Shown: positions 7,584 through 16,869 of the stretch, piece by piece
Layout of the letters: each line of letters begins with the position of its first letter
Numbering within the stretch: the stretch's first letter is position 1
Source of the DNA: a virus
Lineage: Duplodnaviria > Caudoviricetes
DNA length: 62,562 nucleotides
Direction: 5' to 3' (one strand)
Virus record (IMG/VR): IMGVR_UViG_3300032260_000001
Coordinates: 1 to 62,562 of that record
Program-made: the position numbers and the translations under genes
Notes under the pieces: generated by a model
What the model saw: only the letters and a program-made list of their open reading frames with translations
The model's database searches: none
What the model was told of the DNA's origin: nothing

Positions 7584-10251
7584 AAGCCTCCGGTATTAAA
7601 TCGTCTTCAGCATACTCAACGTACTCAACATAACCCACAGCACCTGTTCTTAAACCATCCGCGCCGTGACAAGACTGATCATGCCTAGGGGTTCTCTTGT
7701 AAGCACCTAAGCGGTCGTCCCACTCCTTCCTGTACTTGTCTAAATGAACAATTCCCTTCGCGCATTTTTCCTCATCGATCCAACACGTTCTTAAAAAGCT
7801 TCGCGTCTGTTCAATCTGGGCTAACAAAGCCTCTGTGTTTCTAGGTCTTTCCACAACATTGATAGGCCGAATCCCTACAAGTTCCGCAGACTGTTTCCGA
7901 GTCCGAGCATTGGCCCCCAACTCCCTAACAGATGCATCGTGAGGCATGTAGTGGGTCTCGTAGTTATACTTCTTTTCTTTAAGTTCGCGGGCATAATATT
8001 CAAACCCTTCACCATGGCACTCCAAATAATCAATTAAACGATGTTGAGCCCTGATCTTTTGATGAAACCAAATCGTCATCGAGTCATCCATCCCGAGGTC
8101 CCAAAACGTATTTACAGGATAAGCAGGATCATAAGGCACCTGGCAAATGCGACCTTCACGACGAATTGTCGTCATCTCCTTCTCGTAATAGGCACCCTCG
8201 ACACTCGCTTGGAACGCCTCTTGAGGATACGAGGGATACTCACGGGTCATGTCATCGCCCAACGACGCAAGTTTCTGGACGTACCAGGCCATTTGCTCTA
8301 ACGAGAGTTTGATCCCTCTGACATCTAGATTTTCAAAATAACGCTTAAGGTCAGTGGTGAAAATAACGTTACTCGGGTCAGCAACGTAATCAGGATCTTC
8401 ATGCCAAGCAAAGAAGTGAAACTTAAAATCCAACGGATTAATCTTCTTCCCAGCGTCTTTAAGCTTTCGAGAATCTTCACACATCTCAAAGAACATGCCT
8501 TCCGCACCTTCAGCGGTAGACTCAACGAAAATCATTTGGTCTTGGGCAACGGCTTCGAAGGCACCTGTTCTGATTTCTCGCGCTTTGTCAGGATACTTAG
8601 CGGCTATTTTCCCGAGTTCCGAAACATGCAGGCAGTTATGAACAATTCCAGTCGTTGTTACGTAACTATGGGGGGACTCTTCCAGGGCTATATCATAAAC
8701 GTATTCGTCCTCCCTTTCTGATGGTTTAACAGACGTGACTTGTGCCCAATAGTGCTTCTTCCCCCGTCTCCAGCGCTTTTTGCCTTCTGGTCTACGTCCG
8801 TGCTCTACCCTCCACCGCGACGCCCATGTGTCGGGAACGTCTGGCATAGGCATCCCAAACTTCTCCCGAAACTTCCAATTGCCAGCACCATTTAGGCATA
8901 ACACCCAAGACTCTTTACAGTCTCTGCCGTAATGGTTTCCAGCAGGTTTGTAATATATTGTCGGATAGCCATACCTTAAGCTAAGGAGAAGCATTTTAAG
9001 CTGGGTGATTAACTGTCTACGTGCAGATGTTACCTGTATCTGATTTACATTCTTCTCAGAGCCATCACCATCGACATATCCTTTAATAAGACCCTTGCAG
9101 TATTCTTCCCCAAGATTCCACACGCTATCGGGAATAAACTTGTCTTCTCCCATCCCGAATCTATCGGATAGATGATGAGCAAATTTCTTACTGTTAACAA
9201 CAACGGCTGTTGTTAGAGAGCCAGAATAATCATAAACATTTACCAACTCACCTTTAATCTTTTCGTCCATATGCGAAGCGATTGACTCTAAAGCTTCTAA
9301 AAGCTTTGGTGTCTCTTCTCTATGGATCGAAAACGTTACATCTGTTGGGGGCTTGCCATGTCTAGACCTTATTGAACCTTCTGCCAAGTAAAAGCCTGCC
9401 AACCACCCCATTGTGAATGAGGGGCGAACCCTATCACCTACGGCGTGTGATCGTCTCCCATTTGTATAAACCCATTTTGAGGGGCCAAACGCCATATTTC
9501 CATCACGGCACTTGTTGGATATTTCCCGCAATGGGTACGCAATATAATCACCGCGCTTTAAGTCCCCAGCCTCTTTCCAGGTCGGCTTACCTGTTTTCTT
9601 CTCCCTGGTTAAAACTCTATGGTTTTCTGTGATGTGTAGATCGTTATAATGACCAAAGGTAGAAACGTCGAGAAGCTCATGTTCCCTCTTGTTGCAGATT
9701 AAACTCCCAACTTTTTGATATCCCCCTTTATCATTTAGCACTAAGTCCCCGACACTGATCTCTTGAATAGGTTTGATTCTCCCATCCTTACAGACGATTT
9801 CAGTATCCCCAGTTACACACTGAAGAGTGCCCGATCTAAACGAAGTGCTCACCCTGATAGATGAACCATTGTTAAACTCTATTTGATCAGTTCTATCCGT
9901 CTTAACGGGGCCTAGCAACTGCTTAACGGCAGGGTTTAAGTTGTCGTAAGGAAACTTGATTTTGTCATCATAAATAGCCTTAGCATCGTCTATATGATGA
10001 GCTATAATACCTGCCTTAATGTCACGGTTCCAAAGACATTGATCTAAGATGAAAATATCGATAAAAGTTGAGAAGCCTAATTGACGGGCCTTCAAAATAA
10101 TATTTCTCCACGACATCTCCTCGTAAAGAATTTCCTGCGCCATGTTCATCTGAAACTTAACGCGATGGCCAGACTTATCTCTTATCAAATAAAGATTATT
10201 TAATCTCCACTTCCGATCAGAAAACTCGGGCGGAATGACGGGTTTCCCCAT
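7573..10251 (-). CDS. terL: Terminase large subunit containing an intein
   Basis: ILKARQLGFST Walker A, LHVSE Walker B, ESTAEG motif, WDLG nuclease, HGADGLR. Confidence 0.95.
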   Translation of the reverse strand: MGKPVIPPEFSDRKWRLNNLYLIRDKSGHRVKFQMNMAQEILYEEMSWRNIILKARQLGFSTFIDIFILDQCLWNRDIKAGIIAHHIDDAKAIYDDKIKFPYDNLNPAVKQLLGPVKTDRTDQIEFNNGSSIRVSTSFRSGTLQCVTGDTEIVCKDGRIKPIQEISVGDLVLNDKGGYQKVGSLICNKREHELLDVSTFGHYNDLHITENHRVLTREKKTGKPTWKEAGDLKRGDYIAYPLREISNKCRDGNMAFGPSKWVYTNGRRSHAVGDRVRPSFTMGWLAGFYLAEGSIRSRHGKPPTDVTFSIHREETPKLLEALESIASHMDEKIKGELVNVYDYSGSLTTAVVVNSKKFAHHLSDRFGMGEDKFIPDSVWNLGEEYCKGLIKGYVDGDGSEKNVNQIQVTSARRQLITQLKMLLLSLRYGYPTIYYKPAGNHYGRDCKESWVLCLNGAGNWKFREKFGMPMPDVPDTWASRWRVEHGRRPEGKKRWRRGKKHYWAQVTSVKPSEREDEYVYDIALEESPHSYVTTTGIVHNCLHVSELGKIAAKYPDKAREIRTGAFEAVAQDQMIFVESTAEGAEGMFFEMCEDSRKLKDAGKKINPLDFKFHFFAWHEDPDYVADPSNVIFTTDLKRYFENLDVRGIKLSLEQMAWYVQKLASLGDDMTREYPSYPQEAFQASVEGAYYEKEMTTIRREGRICQVPYDPAYPVNTFWDLGMDDSMTIWFHQKIRAQHRLIDYLECHGEGFEYYARELKEKKYNYETHYMPHDASVRELGANARTRKQSAELVGIRPINVVERPRNTEALLAQIEQTRSFLRTCWIDEEKCAKGIVHLDKYRKEWDDRLGAYKRTPRHDQSCHGADGLRTGAVGYVEYVEYAEDDLIPEAFDD
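8635..9819 (-). mobile_element. Intein (395 aa) with LAGLIDADG homing endonuclease
   Basis: Starts CVTGDT, block B ITENH, LAGFYLAEG and IKGYVDGDG motifs, ends IVHN followed by +1 Cys. Confidence 0.93.
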
Positions 10252-10280
10252 GCAACGGCGTTTACTCCTTAGTTAAGGGC

Positions 10281-10458
10281 GAAAAAAAACCCCTAAAGGA
10301 GGCGATCCTAGGGGTTAATACGTAAGTTATGATGAAAGCCCCCCTTCGGGATAGAGGCCGCAAAAGGGGGGAACAACTTTGCCCCTGGTGAGAGGGCAAT
10401 TTAATACTAGCACAGGCGTTAAAAAGCCCCAAGGAAAATGGATTAACCTTGAGGCTCC
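10281..10458 (-). terminator. Cluster of three terminator-like hairpins upstream of terL
   Basis: GC-rich stems, each followed by a T run on the minus strand. Confidence 0.55.
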
Positions 10459-10555
10459 AACTAAGGACGTGCATCATGACTAGTGACGACACATCTAAAT
10501 AGTATGCTAAAAACTGAAATTTGTCTATACTGACCTTCGACTAAGGAGAAAACAA

Positions 10556-11020
10556 ATGACCGAAAAATTCTGCATTGGCATAGAAGCTGCCCAAGAAAAT
10601 ATTTCAAAGTTCGTCGAACAAGGCCAGTGGGGCGTTATCGGCGTTATGAATGAACTTCCTTTTGCCTACACCGTCGGCCTCCACTCTCTCGGTCTATCAG
10701 AGTTAATCATCTACGGACTACCTTCTCACGAATTGGCTTCGGGGGTGCTGAGTTGTCATGCTCAAATGACAGTGGACCAATCGGCACCTTTCAAGCATGG
10801 TGAGGCTGTTGCTATGCTAGAGAAATACCCGTTAATTATAATTGACTGCAATGAAGAGTCAAAACAGAAACACGCTCTCCAGGCATATAACTTCTATCGC
10901 CACTGGGATTTCGGTTTACAGCAAATCGTTTGGCCCGATGTAAATAATATTCTCCCGTGGGCAGATGGTTGTAATGCAGAGGTTATTGCCAATCAATCTA
11001 TCCTTGGTGAAAGGCCATGA
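10556..11020 (+). CDS. DUF4262-like protein
   Basis: FAYTVGL...ELIIYGL...QIVWPD pattern; AAGGAG RBS. Confidence 0.75.
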   Translation: MTEKFCIGIEAAQENISKFVEQGQWGVIGVMNELPFAYTVGLHSLGLSELIIYGLPSHELASGVLSCHAQMTVDQSAPFKHGEAVAMLEKYPLIIIDCNEESKQKHALQAYNFYRHWDFGLQQIVWPDVNNILPWADGCNAEVIANQSILGERP

Positions 11021-11224
11021 CTTTTTGTATTATGCCCATTGTCATCGTAGTCTTAGTTTTAACGGCGTTGATAAATATCCCCTTCGCTATGGAAGGAGAT
11101 ATCGTAAGTATTGCTGCAGTGATATTAAACCTTGTCGCGGCTTCTTTTTTTTTAGGAAGAGAAAGAGGCTGGTTTAAAAGATCAAAACGTCTCTAAAAAT
11201 ACAACTTAATAATGGTGGCTTAAC

Positions 11225-11611
11225 ATGTTAATAGACTACATTACCGAACATTCAGATAGAGGCGAATGCACCTGTTGCACAGAGGCAAAACAACCCTCTG
11301 GCCATACAGCCGATGTCATTTTTTTCAAAGTCAAAGCGCACCCAGAAGCAGACGCCGAAACCCTTAAAAAACTCATCCTCGAACATTCAGGCGATTTCAA
11401 TGAGGTCGATCTATTCGACGGCAAAGAACATGGTTTTCAGGAAATCGGCGGATGGATCGGTGACCAGGGCCTCGCTTTACTCTTAATGGGCCTAGGGTCT
11501 CTACTCGGTCTGTGGGAACTGTTAACACCACGAACCGTGCTGGGAGAAGCTATGGAGGAAAGCCACGCAATAGGTATGGCTCGTGCAGGCCTTGTAATAA
11601 TTAAGTCATGA
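11225..11611 (+). CDS. Hypothetical protein
   Basis: 128 aa; RGECTC and EIGGWIGDQGLAL motifs. Confidence 0.65.
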   Translation: MLIDYITEHSDRGECTCCTEAKQPSGHTADVIFFKVKAHPEADAETLKKLILEHSGDFNEVDLFDGKEHGFQEIGGWIGDQGLALLLMGLGSLLGLWELLTPRTVLGEAMEESHAIGMARAGLVIIKS

Positions 11612-11842
11612 CCCGCTGGGCAATAATTATAACTCTATTCCTTCTTGCGGCAGTTCAAATACCCGGAATACTAGAAGGTAGTACTGAAGCATCTTTCGCG
11701 GCGGGGTGGCTCTGCGCTATAGCTACCTATATGTTAGGTGACCTTCTAGGCTTATGATTTCACCAGAACTACAAATGCTGCTAAGCGTCTTGGTCCTTAT
11801 TGTGTTTCTAGGGATTATCGGTTTTTTTGGTACTCGGAAAAA

Positions 11843-12091
11843 ATGAGCTTCCTATACCGAGATTATCACGGCAGCTTTGACAGGTCAATGAAAACTGTTC
11901 AAGAGTTTGAGAACAGGGAGGCGCTTGTTAAATATCTGCAGGATGATATTGATCAATTTAATACAGGTCGAGACTGTAATAATATTACAATAGAGCCCTA
12001 TGGTTTTGATCCGCGCATTGGTTGGGATTGCCACATAGTCCATCTAAAAGGCTACGGTGTATTTGGGTTTACCAATGGGCCGGTAGAATAA
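11843..12091 (+). CDS. Hypothetical protein
   Basis: YGFDPRIGW motif; ORF track. Confidence 0.65.
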   Translation: MSFLYRDYHGSFDRSMKTVQEFENREALVKYLQDDIDQFNTGRDCNNITIEPYGFDPRIGWDCHIVHLKGYGVFGFTNGPVE

Positions 12092-12444
12092 GGGCCTAAC
12101 TTTGGCGTTATCCTCAGTTAGTTAAAAAATTGAAATGGCCCCGCGCTACTGGGGCTCCCCAATACCCAGCTTTCCACGCCGCATTTCAATACCACTTAAT
12201 CTATCATTACCAACCTGCGAGCCTAGCTCTACCATTATTAGGTAGGCCAGCCACGAATCTGTTACACACCCTAGGCCGCATTATTTATGGTGGGTAGGCA
12301 TGATAATACACCCTGAGATACTTCTCCGTCAGGGGCGGTATACAATAGGGCCGAACTTTCCCGGCAGTCACGCGCCTTACCTAGTTTAGAGGGGAAGTAC
12401 TAAAACCCCTAGCTAGGTTGTCATTGCCGCGCGAAGCATAGTTC

Positions 12445-12651
12445 TTAGCATCCATCCAATACAAGCTTCAGTCCCTTAACAAATTCGTGAAACTCAGTCT
12501 TGTCCTCTGTAGAGAAAATAACTTCATCGAGTGATACAACCTCGTAAACACCGGAGGTCTCCTGCAGAGTGTAGCAGCTTGTTTTTTCAGGCTCAATGAT
12601 GAGTAAGGCCGCTAGAGCTGCCACTAAAACCAAGATTGCTGTAAGGAACAT
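12445..12651 (-). CDS. Hypothetical protein with N-terminal TM helix
   Basis: Hydrophobic N-terminus. Confidence 0.5.
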   Translation of the reverse strand: MFLTAILVLVAALAALLIIEPEKTSCYTLQETSGVYEVVSLDEVIFSTEDKTEFHEFVKGLKLVLDGC

Positions 12652-12659
12652 AGTTGTAT

Positions 12660-12890
12660 TTATTGGTCGTTTTTAGGAAACCGTTTGTCAAAATCCTTAA
12701 GCAAATGCTCCGCAGCCGTTGTGGCCCTAAGTGCTGCGAATTGAAAGGTTTCAAGCTCTTTTCGATAAGATTCGATGTCAACTGCCTCCAACAACTCTTC
12801 AGCCTCTTTGCATATATCTAAAATGGCCTGAGTGTCCTCACAATCACCAACAGCGTTAATCAGTCGTCTTAGTAAGTCGTGTTCTTTCAT
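12660..12890 (-). CDS. Hypothetical protein (start re-called at MKEHDLL)
   Basis: AGGA RBS before ATG at 12890; upstream extension overlaps a tRNA-like RNA. Confidence 0.6.
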   Translation of the reverse strand: MKEHDLLRRLINAVGDCEDTQAILDICKEAEELLEAVDIESYRKELETFQFAALRATTAAEHLLKDFDKRFPKNDQ

Positions 12891-12902
12891 TTTTATTCCT
12901 AA

Positions 12903-13134
12903 AGGAGAGGATGGAAGGATTCGAACCTTCAACGTGGTGGCAACCTCCGGTATAGAATCAATTTGGCTCACGCTTATCGCTACGCTGCCTCTTATTCTCC
13001 GGTGACTCTGTGCCATCCACCGCTTAAGCCTAACTCCAGGATTGGCGATAATCCTTTATAGAGATACAGATTTAAGCAGATTTTCCACCTAGGCGTGGCC
13101 TATCCTAGTGCGTTACCAATTCCGCCACATCCCC
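12903..13134 (-). ncRNA. tRNA-like RNA with ~158-nt variable region
   Basis: Acceptor GGGGATG/CATCCTC, D arm GCG-GAATTGGTAA-CGC, CTAGG/CCTAG stem, T arm GAAGG-TTCGAAT-CCTTC. Confidence 0.75.
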
Positions 13135-13139
13135 ATATT

Positions 13140-13394
13140 CTACTCAGGCAGTTGGTCATCAGGCAACCAAGGTACATACTGTAGCCGTGAAAATTTTCTA
13201 TCCTGCAGCCAACGCCTACTAATGTGTCTTAGATCGTCGTCAATATCAATACATTCATATCGAGTTTTGTGCATCGCAATCAACCTAGCCTCATCAGAAC
13301 GAACGTTAGGCATCTTGCGCCTGGCGTAATTCATGTCCAACGTCGTCAGGGCCTTGATTTTATTGCGTAGGGCTTGGTCTATTGTTGTTGTCAT
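13140..13394 (-). CDS. Hypothetical protein
   Basis: GAGG RBS. Confidence 0.6.
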   Translation of the reverse strand: MTTTIDQALRNKIKALTTLDMNYARRKMPNVRSDEARLIAMHKTRYECIDIDDDLRHISRRWLQDRKFSRLQYVPWLPDDQLPE

Positions 13395-13547
13395 GTGCCT
13401 CTCGATTCAGTAACAACCTCTAGCAACGTTTCAGGCTTTTGAGCCTCGATCTCTTTAAGAGCAGCCTTCAGCAACTGAGCCGTCTTCCTCTCGCTAACAT
13501 GAGGGGCCATCTGATCTAGGTGATGTTTGATTTCGGTGACTAATGAA

Positions 13548-13922
13548 CTATCCAAAGAGTCTCACCCGCTCACAGGCCATTTCATGCATTTCTTCAGCTT
13601 CTTCCCAGGTGGAACATCTGTACTGCTCCTCATCCAGCTCACCATTAAATATCATGGTTTCAAATAATAATGGTTTGCCACCATAGCCATGGTCAAGACC
13701 TAAGAAAACAGTGGAGACCGCGACAAAATGAATCTTCTTTGCCTTCTTCCCTCTGTTCTTAGGGACTCCAATCTGTTTTAGCTTTACTCTCCTACTTGAG
13801 TTCTCGAACCACCTTCCCCAGCGAAGTAAATTAGGTTCCTCTACGGGCGTGCGGCCATCCAGAATATAATTGGCAAACATTGTCATTTTCTTAGTTTCGT
13901 TTATCCCATGCATTCGTGGCAC
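13548..13922 (-). CDS. Conserved phage hypothetical protein (VSTVFLGLDH...LFETMIF)
   Basis: Recognisable phage motif; start probably near 13886. Confidence 0.7.
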   Translation of the reverse strand: MPRMHGINETKKMTMFANYILDGRTPVEEPNLLRWGRWFENSSRRVKLKQIGVPKNRGKKAKKIHFVAVSTVFLGLDHGYGGKPLLFETMIFNGELDEEQYRCSTWEEAEEMHEMACERVRLFG

Positions 13923-14045
13923 ACTTTTGAAATTTGTACCACCTTGTCGATGGGTTTATCAAACATTTCTTAACCACGCATTCAACGCTGTGCCAGACAC
14001 CTTCTTGGTGGTGGATAGGTTTGACTCCGCAGAAGGGGCAGGGGG

Positions 14046-14492
14046 TCATTCCATCCATTGAACACAGGCTTCAGTTTCGCAATGACCATGTATATGACCG
14101 TTACTTGCTGCTTGCGATAAGTGAAGGCGACCGCTACAAGCTGGGCATTCAATTACTTCTGACTTGCCTATGGGTAGCTTTTTTCTCCATTCAGCAACAA
14201 CAGGGCCAATTACAGACATTCGCTTAATGGCAGCTTCAGTGCGGTCAGCCCTGGCTTCGCCTTGTTCTCTTGTTCTGCGTACCCAGTGAGGACATGCTGC
14301 GGTTGCATCTTCCAGTAGATGTCCTGACAAACACGGTTGTCCAGTCTTGTCGGTCTCTGGATTTCGCGGCAATCTAACGTCGTTGATATCAACCCCTTTG
14401 AGGCATTCGATATTGCATCCACGCTTATGATCTACATGATAGTGTTGGCAATACATCATTTCAAAAGCAATTCTTTCTTCTCTATTTTTCAC
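14046..14492 (-). CDS. Cys-rich, putative Zn-binding protein
   Basis: CQHY, CPHW, CPAC...HGHC...C motifs. Confidence 0.65.
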   Translation of the reverse strand: MKNREERIAFEMMYCQHYHVDHKRGCNIECLKGVDINDVRLPRNPETDKTGQPCLSGHLLEDATAACPHWVRRTREQGEARADRTEAAIKRMSVIGPVVAEWRKKLPIGKSEVIECPACSGRLHLSQAASNGHIHGHCETEACVQWME

Positions 14493-14782
14493 TTTTTAGC
14501 AATTTCATCAGTTAACCACTTCCAACATAGTGAGGTCTTCCCTTCCCACTTCTTCAGTTTGTTCCTCACAATCTCATCCTTCCCCTTGTATCTTTTTGTC
14601 GCCAGGACAGTTAAAGCAACCTCCATGTCTGTAGCCCTATTCCTAGCCTCGGACAATGCAGCACTCAAACCAGCCTGAACATGGTCAGCAACATACGCAG
14701 CGGCTTCAGGGTCTTGTTCAATGTAAGATTTGACCCCTTGGAGAAATTGGGCTCTGTCGTTAATGCTCAGTCCTCCCCTCAT
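14489..14782 (-). CDS. Hypothetical protein
   Basis: Overlapping co-oriented ORF. Confidence 0.6.
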   Translation of the reverse strand: MRGGLSINDRAQFLQGVKSYIEQDPEAAAYVADHVQAGLSAALSEARNRATDMEVALTVLATKRYKGKDEIVRNKLKKWEGKTSLCWKWLTDEIAKK

Positions 14783-14984
14783 CGATTGTTCTAGCCTCGA
14801 TCATTGAATGGATGTCCTCACTGTTCTTTCCAATCATGATTTGGATGTTGTGACTCGCACCCGCTTCTGTTAGCTTGACATGAACCGTATATCCATCGAT
14901 AAGCTTGCGGACATCATTAGAATCCAGACCGACAACAAACTCATCGTCGTTCGAGTCCTTCATTACTACTCCTGCTAGTACCAT
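14760..14984 (-). CDS. Hypothetical protein, paralog A
   Basis: Similar to 14998-15231; AAGGA RBS. Confidence 0.65.
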   Translation of the reverse strand: MVLAGVVMKDSNDDEFVVGLDSNDVRKLIDGYTVHVKLTEAGASHNIQIMIGKNSEDIHSMIEARTIDEGRTEH

Positions 14985-14997
14985 TTTTTGTCCTTAG

Positions 14998-15231
14998 TTA
15001 ATGCTCAGTTCGTTTCCCAGGTTTTGTCGGTTCGGGGAGTTTAACGCCTAGGCCAGTCTCAATTTCTGTCTTAACATCATCCAGTGTTTTTCCAGCCATG
15101 ATTACAACATTAAAATTTCCACCCATCTCCGATAGCTTAACCTCAATTACCTCTCCTTTTTGAAGCCTACTGATGTTTTCAGCGTCCAGTCCTACGATAA
15201 AATCACCGTTACTTACTCCAGCCACTAACAT
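14998..15231 (-). CDS. Hypothetical protein, paralog B
   Basis: Similar to 14760-14984; GAGGGA RBS. Confidence 0.65.
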   Translation of the reverse strand: MLVAGVSNGDFIVGLDAENISRLQKGEVIEVKLSEMGGNFNVVIMAGKTLDDVKTEIETGLGVKLPEPTKPGKRTEH

Positions 15232-15430
15232 TTAACGTCCCTCAGTTGTAAAGCAAATACCCAACATACCCCCATATGGTCATGTGGATCAAGGCGGTAA
15301 GGAAATTTGTGCTCTCGGAATATTCCTTGCGCGCTCCATATCTATACTCAATGACCTCGCAAATTGACAGGGATATGGGGTAGGAAACCATCCAGATGAC
15401 GAAGACTAGGTTTTCCATAATTCATGACCC

Positions 15431-15647
15431 CTATAACCTAGCTTCAGTCTCAATAGCATCCGCTATATCTCTAAGTGTTTCTACCGCAGCTTCAGCATCT
15501 AAAAATATAGAGATACCGTTAGCCCACTGCTGATATCAGTGAGGTTAGCGCAAGTGATTGGTCAAGAGGACCCTCTGCCCCCACGTCCTTTAAGAAATTC
15601 TTCGCGTGCTGCATTGCCTTTTTTTTCGTTTCGTCTGGATCAATCAT
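15431..15647 (-). pseudogene. Possible frameshifted small gene
   Basis: MIDPDETKKK... stops early; plausible helical continuation ...AEAAVETLRDIADAIE in a shifted frame. Confidence 0.35.
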
Positions 15648-15656
15648 TTTAAGCCC

Positions 15657-15926
15657 TTAGTTTGCTTCCACCAAATCAAGCGGTGAGTTAATCTTCTTTC
15701 CAAATGACCATCTAGCAAGGTTAGAGTCTGCAATTATCGCGGAGCAATTTGCTTTTTCTATCTCGTTGAACTTCTCTCCAGCACGATAATCAAGCTCCGT
15801 TACATATTCGAGCACCCTGGTTGTATTATGGATTCCGACTAAACACTTCCCTTTCGTTTTGCTATCATCGACGGGCGATTGCATAAATAGTTTAATGTAC
15901 TCTCGTGTTGATTCGTGATCTATCAT
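15657..15926 (-). CDS. Hypothetical protein
   Basis: ATGA coupling to the upstream HTH gene. Confidence 0.55.
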   Translation of the reverse strand: MIDHESTREYIKLFMQSPVDDSKTKGKCLVGIHNTTRVLEYVTELDYRAGEKFNEIEKANCSAIIADSNLARWSFGKKINSPLDLVEAN

Positions 15927-16078
15927 ACCCCCAATAACCTAGCAACCATCACCAGATATCTTATTGCCCCAGCATCAGGTTCACCCTTGCACCAACGTGA
16001 AATAGTGTCCTCACTCACCCCCCAATGCCGGGCAAAAAAGGCCTGACTCCAGCCTACTCTCAACAATAAATCCTTCAT
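15923..16078 (-). CDS. Small HTH protein (51 aa), Aca-like position
   Basis: SQAFFARHWGVSEDTISRW helix-turn-helix; GAGGTG RBS; absent from ORF track. Confidence 0.7.
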   Translation of the reverse strand: MKDLLLRVGWSQAFFARHWGVSEDTISRWCKGEPDAGAIRYLVMVARLLGV

Positions 16079-16177
16079 ATCACCTCTTAATTCGGGTATA
16101 ACACAAGCATAAAGCGGATATTATACCTGCAGAATGCGTATATAGTGTGATTTTTTTTGAAATTTTTTGGGGTTCGA

Positions 16178-16402
16178 TTAGAAAAATGTAGGCCTAGCAA
16201 CCGATCTAGTGAGAGCCATAAGCCCTGTTTGGAAATCTGTAGCGCCAATATTCACCCAACGCTGGTCAAATTCTTCATTATTGCGCAAATTATTCACCAA
16301 TTCGCCAAGCTCAACTCCTTTGGCCTTGATTTCGTTCATCGCATCAATTTCTGCCTGGTTTAGCTCGCGATATCCCTTGATTTGTCTGTGTTGATTTTCC
16401 AT
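16178..16402 (-). CDS. acb2: Acb2-family anti-CBASS cyclic-nucleotide sponge
   Basis: MENQHRQIKGYRELNQAEIDAMNEIK and RWVNIGATDFQTGLMALTRSVARP match Acb2 N- and C-terminal motifs; AGGAG RBS. Confidence 0.85.
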   Translation of the reverse strand: MENQHRQIKGYRELNQAEIDAMNEIKAKGVELGELVNNLRNNEEFDQRWVNIGATDFQTGLMALTRSVARPTFF

Positions 16403-16531
16403 TGGTTCTCCTGGTTTATGGATGATTTTGCTACTTTAAAGGGCGTAAACCCTGCAGAAAGCGGATACTGTCACGGCAAAAGCCGAACTTAGCGCTATTT
16501 TTGCTAGAATTTTTTGGGATTGATTGGCCTT

Positions 16532-16593
16532 TTTTTATAAAATATTTGGGGGGGAATCAGCTTTTTACTAGAATTTTTATAAAATATTTGGGG
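16532..16593. repeat. 20-bp direct repeat TTTTTATAAAATATTTGGGG x2
   Basis: Copies at 16532-16551 and 16574-16593. Confidence 0.85.
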
Positions 16594-16869
16594 AGGGAGT
16601 GATATATACAGCGGGTTAAACCCCATTCCTCAAAAGCCGGGTCGTCCATATGTGTGAGGTCTGTAACATCCCTATCGCGTCCCTGTCAGAAAAACAAGGC
16701 CCCACGCCCTGCCTACGCCACGATCTACGGTAGCCCATACGTTGATATGCCTTGCGTCTGATAGCCTGGTATACGCCGTGTGTGGATGAATGGCGTTAGG
16801 AAAGGAATAGGGGCATTGCTCGCGGGGGGGGGCAGATGTTCGGCAAGTGGTGCTTTATTAGCCAGCACG

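Noticed and set aside
12305-12365. Hammerhead ribozyme (CTGAC... and GAAA on the minus strand)
   Set aside because: The core reads CUGACGG rather than CUGANGA and the stems could not be assembled.
12891-13016. N-terminal extension of ORF 12660-13016
   Set aside because: Overlaps the tRNA-like RNA; a better RBS and ATG lie at 12890.
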